A stretch of 64,000 bases of DNA from Gammaproteobacteria bacterium (GCA_963662545.2 CAXXLL010000002.1:224001-288000), one strand, 5' to 3'. Shown: positions 1 through 11,887, counted from the first letter of the stretch. The notes: generated by a model from the sequence alone, not told the origin. Numbers and translations are program-made.

Positions 1-1039
1 GTTCGCCGGCTATGCGATGCCTCTGCAATACGCCCCGGGCATCGTGCAGGAGCACATCCACACACGCGAACACGCGGGGCTTTTCGACGTTTCACACATG
101 GGACAGATCGCAGTTCGCGGATCCCCATCAGCGCTCGAGAAGCTGGTACCTAGCGATATCACCGGCCTCGCTGAGTTCCAGCAACGCTATACGGTCTTGA
201 CCAACGAAACCGGCGGCATCATCGACGACCTGATGGTGACGCGCGTGCCGGACGGCCTGTTCGTGGTCGTCAACGCCGCTTTCAAGGACCGAGTTTTCGC
301 CCATCTCGAGGACGGACTCAAGGGCGAATGTGGCCTCGATCGCTATCCCGATCGTGCCCTGATCGCGTTGCAGGGACCGGCAGCGGCCGAGGTATTGGCG
401 GCGCACAGTGGGCAAACACGGGCATTGAAATTTATGACGGCCGCCGAGTGCGACCTCGCCGGGATCGCCTGCCTGGTCAACCGCTCGGGTTACACCGGCG
501 AGGACGGCTTCGAAATCTCGGTCGCGGCGGGTGATGCCGAGCGGCTCGCCCGCTTGTTGCTCGAACACCCGCGGGTTTTACCGGCCGGACTCGGCGCACG
601 CGATTCGCTCAGGCTCGAAGCGGGATTGTGCCTTTCGGGAACCGACATCGATGCCAGCACCACGCCGATCGAAGCAGGCCTCGGCTGGATCATCGCGAGG
701 AAACACCGCGAAGAAGCTGCGACCGCCGCCTTTCCAGGCGCCGAAATCATTCTACGGCAACTGGAGGCCGGCACTTCGCGCGTACGCGTCGGCCTTCGTC
801 CTCAGGGCCGTATCCCTTTGCGCGGCGGCATGGTGTTGTTGAACGATGCCAACCACGAAGTGGGTAGAATAAGCTCCGGCAGCTTCGGGCCGACGGCGGG
901 ACACCCGGTCGCCATGGGCTATGTCGACAGTGGGATCGCAAACGCGGATTCGCTGCTCAAAGTGTCGATCCGAGATCGGATCCATGGGGTCGAAGTCGCA
1001 AGCTTGCCGTTCGTCCCGCACCGCTATCACAGAGATTGA
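1..1039 (+). CDS. gcvT: Glycine cleavage system aminomethyltransferase T (5' partial)
   Basis: Frame is open from the window edge (FAGYAMPLQY). Motifs GLFDVSHMGQ, RSGYTGEDGFEI and GLGARDSLRLEAG; followed by gcvH and gcvP. Confidence 0.97.
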   Translation, partial: FAGYAMPLQYAPGIVQEHIHTREHAGLFDVSHMGQIAVRGSPSALEKLVPSDITGLAEFQQRYTVLTNETGGIIDDLMVTRVPDGLFVVVNAAFKDRVFAHLEDGLKGECGLDRYPDRALIALQGPAAAEVLAAHSGQTRALKFMTAAECDLAGIACLVNRSGYTGEDGFEISVAAGDAERLARLLLEHPRVLPAGLGARDSLRLEAGLCLSGTDIDASTTPIEAGLGWIIARKHREEAATAAFPGAEIILRQLEAGTSRVRVGLRPQGRIPLRGGMVLLNDANHEVGRISSGSFGPTAGHPVAMGYVDSGIANADSLLKVSIRDRIHGVEVASLPFVPHRYHRD

Positions 1040-1049
1040 AGAATTTCAC

Positions 1050-1427
1050 ATGAGCACACTCAAATTCACTACCGCGCATGAGTGGCTGCGTGCCGAGGAC
1101 GATGGCGTCGTCTGCCTAGGCATCAGCGATTACGCCCAGGAGCAACTGGGCGACATCGTCTATGTAGAATTGCCGGACGTTGATGCCCGCTTCGAGAGCG
1201 GTGCAAACCTGGCCGTGATCGAATCCGTCAAGGCCGTCGGCGAGATCAATATACCGTTCGCAGGCACGGTGCGATCGGTAAACGATCGCCTGACCGACGA
1301 ACCCGAAATCGTCAACGCCGACCCCATGGGTGACGGCTGGCTGCTGCGGATCACGGCCGATGATCCCGATGCACTTGATGACTTTATGGAAGAGGCCGCC
1401 TATCACACTTACCTCGAAGGACTTTGA
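1050..1427 (+). CDS. gcvH: Glycine cleavage system H protein
   Basis: [22 protein letters not shown], lipoyl-Lys motif [17 protein letters not shown]. Start placed at ATG 1050. Confidence 0.97.
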   Translation: MSTLKFTTAHEWLRAEDDGVVCLGISDYAQEQLGDIVYVELPDVDARFESGANLAVIESVKAVGEINIPFAGTVRSVNDRLTDEPEIVNADPMGDGWLLRITADDPDALDDFMEEAAYHTYLEGL

Positions 1428-1464
1428 ACGATTTTCACCCACCTGCGAATCCGCCCGCCGACGG

Positions 1465-4362
1465 ATGACTGAACGATCGCGGCTTGCCGATCTCGAAATG
1501 CGCGGCGATTTCATTCGCCGGCACATCGGCCCGGATCGGGGTCAGATCGCGACGATGGTCGCGGCAGTGGGGCTGGATTCCCTGGAGCAGATCGTCGCGG
1601 CGGCGGTGCCCGACGACATCGTCTCGAACGAGCCGCTGGCGCTCACCGAAACCATTAGCGAGCGCGCGGTCATCACCTATTTGCGCAACATGCGGGCGCG
1701 CAACCGCGTCCTGATCTCCATGATCGGCATGGGTTACTACGGCACCATCATGCCTGCGGTCATCAAGCGCAACGTGCTGGAGAACCCCGGCTGGTATACC
1801 GCCTACACGCCTTACCAGGCCGAGATCAGTCAGGGCCGCCTCGAAGCCCTGTTGAATTACCAGCAGATGGTCATCGACCTGACCGGCATGGAGATAGCGA
1901 ACGCCTCGATGCTTGACGAAGCCACTGCGGCGGCCGAGGCGATGGCCATGGCCCGGCGAGTGTCGAAGACCGCATCGATGCGATTTCTGGTCGATCTGGA
2001 CTGCCATCCGCAGACGATCGCGGTGGTGAAAACGCGTGCACGGTATTTCGGTATCGAGATCGTGGTCGACGAAGCGGTGAGCGCCATCAATGAGGGCGAA
2101 TTTTTCGGTGTGCTCGTGCAGTACCCGGGATCGAGTGGCACTGTCAGCGACTACACCCGCCTCATCGAGACGGCGCACGCCGGCGGTGCGCTCGTCACCG
2201 TGGCTTCTGATCTGCTGGGCCTGGTCTTGCTGAGATCACCGGGCACGATGGGTGCCGACATCGTCGTCGGCAACGCGCAGCGCTTCGGTGTCCCCATGGG
2301 CTACGGCGGACCGCACGCGGCGTTTTACGCGACGCGTGAAAAATTCGTGCGCTCCATGCCGGGACGGGTGATCGGCGTCTCACTCGACAGCGAAGGGCGG
2401 CCGGCGCTGCGCATGGCCTTGCAGACTCGCGAGCAGCATATCCGCCGCGAGAAGGCGACCAGCAACATCTGTACCTCGCAGGTGCTGCTCGCCGTGATCG
2501 CGGGCTTCTACGCGATCTATCACGGACCGAAAGGCCTCGCGCTCATCGCCGGGCGGGTCCATCGCCTCATGCAGATCCTCCATGCGGGTCTCCGCAGACT
2601 CGGCTACGAAGTGCTGACCGAAGTCTATTTCGACACGATCACCGTGCGGGTTCCGCACCGCGCGCGCCATATCGCCGCGAAAGCGCGCGAGGCGGGTATC
2701 AACCTGCGTGTAGTCGACGCGGATCATATCGGTGTCGCGTTCGACGAGACCATCAACCGCGCGGCTCTGCGATCGCTCTGGCGGGTGTTTGCGCGCGAAG
2801 CGGATGACGCGCTCGACCTCATTGCCCTCGACGCCGGCATTGAAGAATGCCTTCCCGCGGCGCTGCGGCGCAGGGGCGAGATCCTGACCCATCCGGTGTT
2901 CGAGCGGTATCACTCGGAGACCGAGATGATGCGCTACATGCGCCGCCTGGCCCGGCGCGACATCGCGCTCGATCGCGCCATGATCCCGCTGGGTTCCTGC
3001 ACCATGAAACTGAACGCCGCGGTCGAAATGCAAGCCCTGTCCTATCGCGAATTCAACAGCCTGCACCCCTTTGCGCCGCTGGATCAGGCGCAGGGCTACC
3101 AGCAGATGTTCGATGAGCTCGAAGGCATGTTGTGTGATCTCACCGGTTTCACCGCCTTCTCGCTGCAGCCAAACGCGGGATCACAAGGGGAGTACACCGG
3201 GCTTCTGGTCGTGCGCAAGTACCACGAAGTCCGTGGCGAGCCGCAGCGCGACGTCTGCCTGATCCCCGCCTCGGCACACGGCACAAATCCCGCCAGCGCG
3301 GTGATGGCCGGGCTGCGCGTGGTGGTCGTTGCCTGCGATGACGAGGGCAACGTCGATGTCAAAGACCTCAAACGCAAGGCCGACGAGTACGCTGAGCGAC
3401 TCGCGGTTTTGATGATCACCTATCCGTCGACCCACGGTGTCTACGAAGCGTCGATCCAGGAAGTCTGCAACATCGTGCATGGGCGCGGGGGCCAGGTCTA
3501 CATGGACGGCGCCAATCTCAACGCATTGGTGGGCGTGTGCCGGCCCGCCGAAATCGGCGCCGACGTCATGCACGTCAACCTGCACAAGACCTTCGCCATT
3601 CCGCACGGCGGCGGCGGTCCCGGCATGGGACCGATCGGCGTGATGCCGCACTTGACGCCGTATCTGCCGGATCATCCGGTGGTCGGCGGGGTCAATCCGG
3701 CGGCGGGCAAGAACGGGACCGTAGGGACAGTGTCGGCCGCGCCCTGGGGCTCTGCCAGCGTCCTCACGATCTCGTGGGCTTACATCGCCATGATGGGGGC
3801 GCAGGGCCTGCGCCGCGCGACGATGGTCGCGATCCTCGCGGCGAATTACATCGCGCGCCGCCTGCAGCCGCATTACCCGGTGCTTTACACCGGCAAGAAC
3901 GGCATGGTCGCCCACGAATGCATCATCGACCTGCGTCCACTCAAGGCCGCCACGGGAGTAACAGTCGACGACATCGCCAAACGCCTCATCGACTACGGCT
4001 TTCACGCCCCGACCATGTCCTTCCCGGTCGCAGACACCCTGATGATCGAACCGACGGAAAGCGAGAACAAGCGCGAGATCGATCGCTTCTGCGACGCCAT
4101 GATCGCCATCCGCGCGGAAATCGAGGCCATAGAAAAAGGCATCGCGGATCGCGAGAACAATCTGCTCAAAAACGCCCCGCACACCCACCGCATGCTGATC
4201 GCGGACGACTGGGACAAGCCCTATACCAAGGCGCAGGCCTTCTTCCCGATGGAGGGCCAGCACGAGGACAAGTACTGGCCGCCAGTCGGGCGGATCGATA
4301 ATGCTTACGGGGATAAGAACCTGTTTTGTAGTTGTCCGCCGATGGAGGCGTTCGCCGATTGA
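1465..4362 (+). CDS. gcvP: Glycine dehydrogenase (decarboxylating), P protein
   Basis: [42 protein letters not shown]-Lys motif [16 protein letters not shown]. Confidence 0.98.
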   Translation: MTERSRLADLEMRGDFIRRHIGPDRGQIATMVAAVGLDSLEQIVAAAVPDDIVSNEPLALTETISERAVITYLRNMRARNRVLISMIGMGYYGTIMPAVIKRNVLENPGWYTAYTPYQAEISQGRLEALLNYQQMVIDLTGMEIANASMLDEATAAAEAMAMARRVSKTASMRFLVDLDCHPQTIAVVKTRARYFGIEIVVDEAVSAINEGEFFGVLVQYPGSSGTVSDYTRLIETAHAGGALVTVASDLLGLVLLRSPGTMGADIVVGNAQRFGVPMGYGGPHAAFYATREKFVRSMPGRVIGVSLDSEGRPALRMALQTREQHIRREKATSNICTSQVLLAVIAGFYAIYHGPKGLALIAGRVHRLMQILHAGLRRLGYEVLTEVYFDTITVRVPHRARHIAAKAREAGINLRVVDADHIGVAFDETINRAALRSLWRVFAREADDALDLIALDAGIEECLPAALRRRGEILTHPVFERYHSETEMMRYMRRLARRDIALDRAMIPLGSCTMKLNAAVEMQALSYREFNSLHPFAPLDQAQGYQQMFDELEGMLCDLTGFTAFSLQPNAGSQGEYTGLLVVRKYHEVRGEPQRDVCLIPASAHGTNPASAVMAGLRVVVVACDDEGNVDVKDLKRKADEYAERLAVLMITYPSTHGVYEASIQEVCNIVHGRGGQVYMDGANLNALVGVCRPAEIGADVMHVNLHKTFAIPHGGGGPGMGPIGVMPHLTPYLPDHPVVGGVNPAAGKNGTVGTVSAAPWGSASVLTISWAYIAMMGAQGLRRATMVAILAANYIARRLQPHYPVLYTGKNGMVAHECIIDLRPLKAATGVTVDDIAKRLIDYGFHAPTMSFPVADTLMIEPTESENKREIDRFCDAMIAIRAEIEAIEKGIADRENNLLKNAPHTHRMLIADDWDKPYTKAQAFFPMEGQHEDKYWPPVGRIDNAYGDKNLFCSCPPMEAFAD

Positions 4363-4369
4363 CGAATCA

Positions 4370-4407
4370 TTGACATATTGATGCATCATTAATATGCTTT
4401 GATGCAT
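4370..4407 (+). promoter_or_regulatory. Sigma70-type promoter and operator of vapBC
   Basis: TTGACA (4370-4375), 17 bp spacer, TATGCT (4393-4398). Palindrome TGATGCATCA at 4379-4388; TGATGCAT repeated at 4400-4407. Confidence 0.75.
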
Positions 4408-4651
4408 GCGTACCACCATACGACTCGACGATGAACTCCTGAAGGCAGCTAAACGCCATGCGTCGGAATCCGGCAGCACGGTCACGGCGGTCATCGAGGA
4501 AGCACTACGTGAAAAGCTGTTGCGCAGCCGAAACCAGCCCCAGGCCGCCCGTAAAATTCGCTTGAAAATAACCGGGGAAGGCGGCGTACAACCGGGTGTC
4601 GATCTGGACGACAGCGCAGCGCTGCTGGATGCGATGGAGGGCCGTTATTGA
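4406..4651 (+). CDS. vapB: VapB-family antitoxin (ribbon-helix-helix)
   Basis: N-terminus MRTTIRLDDELLKAAK; 81 aa; 4-nt overlap with the downstream PIN gene. Confidence 0.88.
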   Translation: MRTTIRLDDELLKAAKRHASESGSTVTAVIEEALREKLLRSRNQPQAARKIRLKITGEGGVQPGVDLDDSAALLDAMEGRY

Positions 4652-5076
4652 TCCTGCCGGATGTCAACGTGCTGGTGTACGCGCACCGGCGGGACGCAGA
4701 GAATCATAAGCAATACCGAGCCTGGCTCGAAGAGTCGGTAAACGCCGAAGAATCGTTCGGTCTCGCCGATCTCGTCTTGAGTGGATTCGTGCGCGTCGTC
4801 ACCCACCCCCGCGTGTTCAAGGCGCCGAGCCGCCTCGCCGACGCTCTCGCATTTTGCGAACAATTACGCACGGCCGAGAACTGTGTGGCGGTCAATCCGG
4901 GGCCAAGACACTGGGAAATTTTCGGCCGACTGTGCCGGGCGGCGGATGCCCGCGGTAACCTCGTCCCCGACGCCTATCTCGCGGCGCTCGCGATCGAGGC
5001 CGGATGTGAATGGATCACGACCGACCGGGATTTCGGACGATTCCCGGGCCTACGGTGGCGGCATCCGCTGCGCTAA
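4648..5076 (+). CDS. vapC: VapC-family PIN-domain toxin
   Basis: ILPDVNVLVYA, NLVPDAYLAALAIE and TTDRDFGRFPGL PIN motifs. Confidence 0.92.
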   Translation: MILPDVNVLVYAHRRDAENHKQYRAWLEESVNAEESFGLADLVLSGFVRVVTHPRVFKAPSRLADALAFCEQLRTAENCVAVNPGPRHWEIFGRLCRAADARGNLVPDAYLAALAIEAGCEWITTDRDFGRFPGLRWRHPLR

Positions 5077-5084
5077 AAGTGGAG

Positions 5085-8000
5085 TCAATGGCGCTTCGTC
5101 AAACGCTCGACGTGACCTTGCGCACCCAGCTTCGAAAACGCGTCCTTCGCATGCTGAAGCTCCGAGGCGGCGTCCCAATCCGAGTCGAACGCCCGCGCGA
5201 ATTCGGCGCGGCGCTCGTGCAGGAACGGCTGAACGACGACCGCACCCGTTCGATCGATCAGTGAGTGCGTTTCCTCGAGGGCCGCGAGTGCGCCCTGCCG
5301 ATCACCCAAGCCTGTATGGGCCTGGGCCGAGGCCAGCCAGGGCGGAAGCTCCCAATACAGTTGATGTTCGTGGCAGAACCCGACGGCCTCCAGGGCTATC
5401 TCACGCGCACGTTCCAGATTGCCGAGCGCGACTTCCGCTTGGGCGAGGATCCCCATGGCACTTCCCAGGTGCGCCCGACCGATATTTTCACCCTCCATGA
5501 TTTCGATGGCTTTCTTCGACGCCGCGGCCGAACTTTCGAATTCACACTGATAAAGCAACGCGTTGCCCATCGCCCAATGCGCCATACCCCTCGCGTAACC
5601 CGTTCCCCCAAATTCGGCTTCGGACACAGCCGTATGTGCCAAACTCATCGCCCGCTCAAAATTCCCGTAATAAGCAGACACGATGCTCTCGAGGGATATG
5701 AGTGAACGAGACGAATTCGGGAATCTTGTTGGTCTGAGCATGCGCTTTTCGAATGAATTCGCGAGCGCGCGAGTAGTCTCCAAGGTAACAATTCGTCAAG
5801 CCGACGCCCATTAAAAGCGACCACCGGATACTAAATCCTGTATATCGTGCGCCCCAGTAGGCCTCATCGGGAATTTTCTCGAGTACCTTATTCGCGAGGT
5901 CGATAGCCTCTTGAAAACGGCCGGAAAAGATATAACCGAACACGACCCAGTTCCGCTCGCAGCATTGGAGTTCCTCGTCATTCGTGAGATCGGCCAGGCG
6001 CGCCGCTTCTTCCCCGTAGGTCGCATAATCGTTGGCATAACCCTGCGAGATGCCGCGTAATGCTGAATAAGAGCCGGTCAAAACGGCTTTCAGGGCCGTG
6101 TTTCCCGCACGTTCCGCGAGCGAGATGCCGTCTTCGAAATACGCGCGCGCCTGGTCTTCCGTCGCACCCAGTCGCCACCAGAGGTTACTGATCTGCCCGC
6201 AAGCCTCGGCCCCGATGGTGAAAATCTCCGTCGACGGTTCCAATTCGTCAACAAGTCCCCGGACTTTCTCCCAATGCTCCAATGCCGATGCGGGATCCTT
6301 GACGTTCGCGATTTCCGCGGCCTTCCGATGCCAATTAAGGGCCTGCTCCGGTATGCCCGCGCGTTCCCAGTGGTAGGCAAGCATCGAAGAAAATTCGTCG
6401 ATACGTTGTACTTCCAGTTCTTCTATGGCAGCGGCCACGGCTGCATGCCTGGCAGCGCGCTGCTCCCTCAATTGAGTCTCGTAGGCGACCTCGTGGACGA
6501 GCGGGTGCTTGAACGAATACTCGACGACGGGGTAGAGCGAGGTTTCGTAAACGAAATCCACCGCTTTAAGGCGTTCAAGCGCCGCAGCCAGGTCGGCCGC
6601 GGCGGTGTCGGTGATCTTCTCAATGAGCGGGCGTGAAAAAACTTTCCCGGCAACCGATGCCGCCTGGAGAACGTGCTTCGAGGTTTCATCGAGCCGGTCG
6701 ATGCGCGCGGCGATGATGGCCTGCACGTTTAACGGCACTTCGAGTAGATCGACGTCGCGGCTCAGGCGGTAGGCCCCACGCTTACCTTCGAGCTGCCCGG
6801 TTTCGATCAAGGTATTGATCACTTCCTCGGTATACAGAGGGTTGCCGCCGGTCCAGTGCATGATCTTTTCAGTCAATCGAGTGACGGAGGCATCGTCGCC
6901 CAGCAGGGTTTCTACCATTTCCTGCAGCGCCTCCGGCCCCAGCGGAATCAGCGGCAATTGCTGGTAATGGGCTCTTCCGTTCCAGGCTGCCTGGTATTCG
7001 GGCCTGAAGTTCACGAGGACGAGGGCATGGCTGTTCTCGGCGGCCTCGACCAGCTGTGCCACGAACGCGTCGCTCCAGCTGTCGACCCAGTGCAGATCGT
7101 CGATGAATGTAACGGAGGCCATGCCGCGCTCGCTTCGCGCACGCACGAGCTTGTGCAGCAGGTCGAACAACTGGCGCTGCCGGGCGTCGGCGTCGAGTTG
7201 CGGGGCGGGACGGTCGGGATCGTCGACGCCGAGGAAATCGAACAGCACCGGCATTCCCTCATGCAGAGTCGGGTCGAGCAGGACCAGTGCGCCGGCAATC
7301 TTCTGGCGTGCCTGCCCGGCGGAATCCTGCTCGGAGATATCGAAGTAATTGCGGAACAATTCGAGGATCGGAATGAACGGTATCGTCTTGCCGTGCGCTG
7401 GGCAGTGCGCCTCGTAGACCGGAACCCCCTGCACGCGGCAGCGTTCGGCGAACTCGAAACACAAGCGGCTCTTGCCGAGCCCCGGCTCGCCGACCACGCC
7501 GACTACCTGCCCGTGCCCGGCTTTCACCCGCTCGAGCGCCGTTTCCAGGATCCGCATTTCGTCCTCCCGGCCAACGAATTGTGTCAATCCCCGGGCGCGG
7601 GATATGTCCAGCCGAGAGCGTGCCGTCGTCGTCCCGTCGAGATCAAAGACCGCCAATGCTTCTTCAGCGTCGGATAAGTTCGACCTACCCAGATCCGACA
7701 GTCGAAAAAAACCCTCTACCAGGCGCGCCGTGTGTTCGCTGACGTACACGCGGCCGGATTCGGCGATCTGCTCCAGACGCTGGGCGACGCCCACCGTGTG
7801 TCCTTGTGCGGTATAGTCCATGCGCAGATCGTCGCCAATCTTGCCGACCACGACTTCGCCCGAGTTGATCCCGATTCGCACGCCGAAATCCAGCCCGCGC
7901 TCCAAGCGCAGTTCGATCGCGTAGCGCCGCAGATCTTCCCGCATCTGCAAGGCCGCATAACACGCCCGCTGCGCGTGGTCTTCGTGCGCGATCGGCGCGC

Positions 8001-8433
8001 CGAACAGCGCCATAGCGCCGTCACCGGTATATTGATTGACGGTGCCCTCGAAACGGTGCACACCTTCAGTCAAGATCGAAAAAAAGCGCTCCAGGATACG
8101 GTGCCAGTCTTCGGGGTCCAGGCGGGCGGCGAGATTCATTGAGCCCTTTACGTCGGCGAAGAGTACGGTTACCTGTTTGCGCTCGCCTTCGAGCGCCGAG
8201 CGGGAATTCAAGATCTTGTCGACGAGGTGCTTCGGCGTGTAATCGGCGATCGCCCGGGTCGGCAAGGGTTCAGTCTTCGACGCTGTAGTGGATGCCCCGC
8301 ACTTCGAGCAAAATTTCGCGCCGGGTTTGAGTTCGGCGCCGCAGCTTGCGCAGTTTGCCATCAGCGCGGCGCCGCACTCCGAACAGAAAACGTCGTCGGA
8401 TCCGTTTGCATGTTGGCAAGCGGGGCAGTTCAT
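5085..8433 (-). pseudogene. Zn-ribbon / class III cyclase / STAND-like NTPase / TPR-like protein, paralogue 1 (frameshift near 5694)
   Basis: CxxC pairs, VTVLFADVKGS, QYTGDG, Walker A GEPGLGKS, FIDDLHW. The C-terminus continues in ORF 5085-5783. Removing one base from GGG 5693-5695 gives 1115 aa, close to the paralogues. Confidence 0.88.
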
Positions 8434-8452
8434 TTTTGCATGCCTGCACCTA

Positions 8453-11400
8453 TCAACCGATCAGCCGGGCCATCCGCTCCGCGTTCCCGGGCGCGCCGAT
8501 CTCCAGAAACAAATCATGTGCTTTCTGCAACTCGACCTCCGGCGACCAGTCACACTTAAAGGCCTGTGCGAATTCCGCGCGGCATTCATGCAGGAAGGGT
8601 TCGAAAGTAGACGCGCCCGTCTCTCGCAGGATGCCCGTAACTTCGTCGATCAGTTCTCGCGCGGCGGCCTGGCCACCTGCCTGAATATGAACGCGTGCCA
8701 TGGCGATCCACGGCTGGAGGGACATTCTGAAATTGTGCTCGCGGCAGTGTGCCAGAATCTCTTCTCCCACGTCCCGCGCTTTATCGATGGCGCCGCTGTT
8801 CAGCAGTGCTTCAACCAGAAACGGATCAGCCGTGGCGCGAAGTAATCCGTATGCGCGGTTGTCCAGAGAAATCTTCCGCCCCCTCTCGAGGTATTCAATC
8901 GCCGCCTCGAAATCTCCATCGATAAACGCGGTGACCCCGGCGCCGAGATCCGCCGCGACCGGTATTACACCGGATGGCGATTTTTCGGCGGTCTCAAACA
9001 GCAAATGAACGAAACGGCGCGCGGTAGTCTGATCGCCGGCATAAGCTGCGTTCGTTAATTCCCAGTAATCGGCGTACACCTTGCCATCGGGAAAAAGGCT
9101 CTGCTGCATTTGCTCGCGCGCCTTTTCATATTGCGGCCCCGCTTCGGCCAGATGCCCGACGACGGACAGTCGCACGGCGTCGGCCAGTGCGATCAGCGCC
9201 GACGGACTGATCGCGGTTGCTGATGTGCCAAAGCGCGTATCATCAGGCAGTTTTTCACGGAGCGCCTGAATGACATCCGCGGCTTCGTGCAGGTTGCCGT
9301 TTGCGTTATGTGCCCAGGGCAGGTAACTCTCCATACTGCATTGCAACTCGAAATCGTCGAGTTCCTTCGCAATATTCGACGCTTCAGTCGTATAAGTCAG
9401 ATAATCGTCGGCATTGGCTAGCCCTACCCCCCGCACGACGCCGTAACCGAGGTAGAGTCCTGCCATAAGTGCCTTGTTCCCCGCGGCCTCGGCCAAGCGT
9501 TTACCGTCTTCGAATAGCTGTTGGGCTTCGGCATCGGTCGAACTCAAGCGCCAGCCGATCATCAGTATGCGCGAGCAGGCAACAGCCCCGGTCGACAGCG
9601 TTGCCGCGTCCGCTGGCAGCTCCTCCGCCAGTTCGCGCACGCGATGCCAATGACGCATCGATGCTGGTGCGTCATGCCCTTCCGTTATTGTGGCCGCGCG
9701 TTGATGCCATTCGAGCGCCTTCGCTAGATCACCGGCAGCGTCCCAGTGGTAAGCGAGCAGTGATGCCTGTTTATCGAGGGCGCTTTGTTCCCCGGCCTCT
9801 ATCGCTTGAGCAACCGCTGCGTGAACCTCCGCGCGGCGCGTCTCGAGTTGTCCGTCGTAGGCGACTTCTTGGGTCAACGGGTGTTTGAAGCCGTATTCGG
9901 CAATCGGATAGAGCGCGCGCTCGTGCACGAAATCACCGTTCTTGAGGCGGTTGATTGCCATTGATAGTTCGTCCGCACTCAATCCGGCAATAGCATTCAA
10001 TAGCGGCCCAGAAAACTCTTTGCCGATCACCGAAGCCGCCTGCAACACGCGCTTGGCGGTGTCCGGCAGCCGGTCGATACGTGCAGCCAGCACCGAGCGC
10101 ACGTTAACGGGTACCTGCAATTCGTCGACCGGCGTCACGCGGCGGTAGGCACCCGGCGCCCCTTCCAGATGCCCACTTTCCGCCAGCATCTGCACGACTT
10201 CTTCGGTAAAGAAAGGATTGCCGCTGGTCCATTGCATGATGCGATCGACGAGTTCCGAAGTTGACGGATCCGTGCCGAGCAGACTTTCGACGAGTTCGCG
10301 CAGATCGGCGGCTTCCAGCGGTACCAATGGGAGTTGCTGGTAATAGGTCTTATTGGTCCACTCGGCCTGGTATTCGGGCCGGAAATTCAACAGAAATAGA
10401 TTGCGGCTGGCCGCAGTGGCTTCCACGAATTGGGCCACGAAGGCGTCACTGCCCTGATCGATCCAGTGCAGATCGTCGATGAAGGCCACGGTCGAGATCC
10501 CCTGCTCGTTGTGCACGCGATAGAATCTATGCATGAGTTCGAAAAGCGCGTGTTGCCGCGCATCGGCATCGAGCTCGGGCGCCGGCCGATCCGGATCGCC
10601 CACCCCCATGAAATCGAACAGCACCGGCAAGCTGTCGATCAGGCTTTCGTCGAGCAGGAGCAGCGCGCCGGCGATCTTCTGCCGCGTCGCGGCCGCGCCA
10701 TCTTGCGACGTGACGCCGAAGTAGCTGCGGTACAGTTCGAGGATCGGGATGTAGGGAATGTTCTTGCCGTGCGCCGGGCAGTGGCCCTCGATCACTTCCA
10801 CGCCATCTGCGCGACACTGCTGGACGAATTCATAGCACAGCCGGCTCTTGCCGAGCCCCGGCTCCCCGACAACACCGACGACCTGTCCATGCCCGTTCCT
10901 GGCCCGCGCCAGCGCGGCGTTCAGAATGTTCATCTCATCGTTGCGGCCGACGAAACGGGTGAGACCGCGTGAGCGGGATACATCGAGACGCGTGCGCGAT
11001 GCCCCCACACCCTCCAGTTCGAATACCCCAACGGGTTCATTCGCGCCGCTCAGTTTCGACACGCCGAGGTCCCGCAGCTCGAAATAACCGTCGACGAGCC
11101 GTTGCGTATGCTCGCTCAGGTAAATTCGATCGGTCGCGGCAAGCTGTTCGATGCGCTGGGCGAGTCCTACGCTGTGTCCCTGGGCGGTGTAGTCCATCCT
11201 GAGGTCGTCACCGATCTTGCCGACGACCACGTCGCCGGAATTGAGTCCGAGCCGCACCCCGAAGTTGAGCCCGCGCTCGATGCGCAGTTGATCCGCGTAG
11301 GCCGTCAACTTCGCGCGCGCGTCGAGCGCCGCATAGCACGCGCGTTGCGCATGGTCTTCATGCGCGATGGGCGCACCGAACAGCGCCATGATCCCGTCGC

Positions 11401-11809
11401 CGGTGTATTGATTGACCGTGCCTTCGTAGCGGTGCACTGCATCGGTCAGAATCGTGAAGAAACGGTCGAGAATGTAGTGCCACGCCTCCGGATCGAGTTG
11501 CTCCGCCAACTCCATCGATCCCTTTACATCGGCGAACATGACCGTCACCTGCTTGCGCTCTCCTTCGAGCGCCGATCGCGTGGTCAGGATCTTTTCGGCA
11601 AGGTGTTTCGGCGTGTAGTCGCCGATGCGACGAGGCGGCGGCTTTACCGATTCACCATCAGCCGTCCCAGTGCCGCACTTCGGGCAAAATTTGGCAGTCG
11701 CTTTAAGTTCGGCGCCGCAATTCGCGCATGACACTGCGAGCTTCGCGCCACATTCTTCGCAGAAGAGAGCGTCTTGATCGTTTGCATGCTGGCAGGTAGG
11801 GCAGTTCAT
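8453..11809 (-). CDS. Zn-ribbon / class III cyclase / STAND-like NTPase / TPR-like protein, paralogue 2
   Basis: 1118 aa; MNCPTCQHAN, FADVKGS, QYTGDG, GEPGLGKS, FIDDLHW, GNPFFTEE, FKHPL. Confidence 0.93.
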   Translation of the reverse strand: MNCPTCQHANDQDALFCEECGAKLAVSCANCGAELKATAKFCPKCGTGTADGESVKPPPRRIGDYTPKHLAEKILTTRSALEGERKQVTVMFADVKGSMELAEQLDPEAWHYILDRFFTILTDAVHRYEGTVNQYTGDGIMALFGAPIAHEDHAQRACYAALDARAKLTAYADQLRIERGLNFGVRLGLNSGDVVVGKIGDDLRMDYTAQGHSVGLAQRIEQLAATDRIYLSEHTQRLVDGYFELRDLGVSKLSGANEPVGVFELEGVGASRTRLDVSRSRGLTRFVGRNDEMNILNAALARARNGHGQVVGVVGEPGLGKSRLCYEFVQQCRADGVEVIEGHCPAHGKNIPYIPILELYRSYFGVTSQDGAAATRQKIAGALLLLDESLIDSLPVLFDFMGVGDPDRPAPELDADARQHALFELMHRFYRVHNEQGISTVAFIDDLHWIDQGSDAFVAQFVEATAASRNLFLLNFRPEYQAEWTNKTYYQQLPLVPLEAADLRELVESLLGTDPSTSELVDRIMQWTSGNPFFTEEVVQMLAESGHLEGAPGAYRRVTPVDELQVPVNVRSVLAARIDRLPDTAKRVLQAASVIGKEFSGPLLNAIAGLSADELSMAINRLKNGDFVHERALYPIAEYGFKHPLTQEVAYDGQLETRRAEVHAAVAQAIEAGEQSALDKQASLLAYHWDAAGDLAKALEWHQRAATITEGHDAPASMRHWHRVRELAEELPADAATLSTGAVACSRILMIGWRLSSTDAEAQQLFEDGKRLAEAAGNKALMAGLYLGYGVVRGVGLANADDYLTYTTEASNIAKELDDFELQCSMESYLPWAHNANGNLHEAADVIQALREKLPDDTRFGTSATAISPSALIALADAVRLSVVGHLAEAGPQYEKAREQMQQSLFPDGKVYADYWELTNAAYAGDQTTARRFVHLLFETAEKSPSGVIPVAADLGAGVTAFIDGDFEAAIEYLERGRKISLDNRAYGLLRATADPFLVEALLNSGAIDKARDVGEEILAHCREHNFRMSLQPWIAMARVHIQAGGQAAARELIDEVTGILRETGASTFEPFLHECRAEFAQAFKCDWSPEVELQKAHDLFLEIGAPGNAERMARLIG

Positions 11810-11887
11810 CGTTCGTCAGGTCCGCACAGAGATCCAGGGTGATTATCGATCAACCACCCCGCCAGCTACCGAGTGATTACGTCGCGC

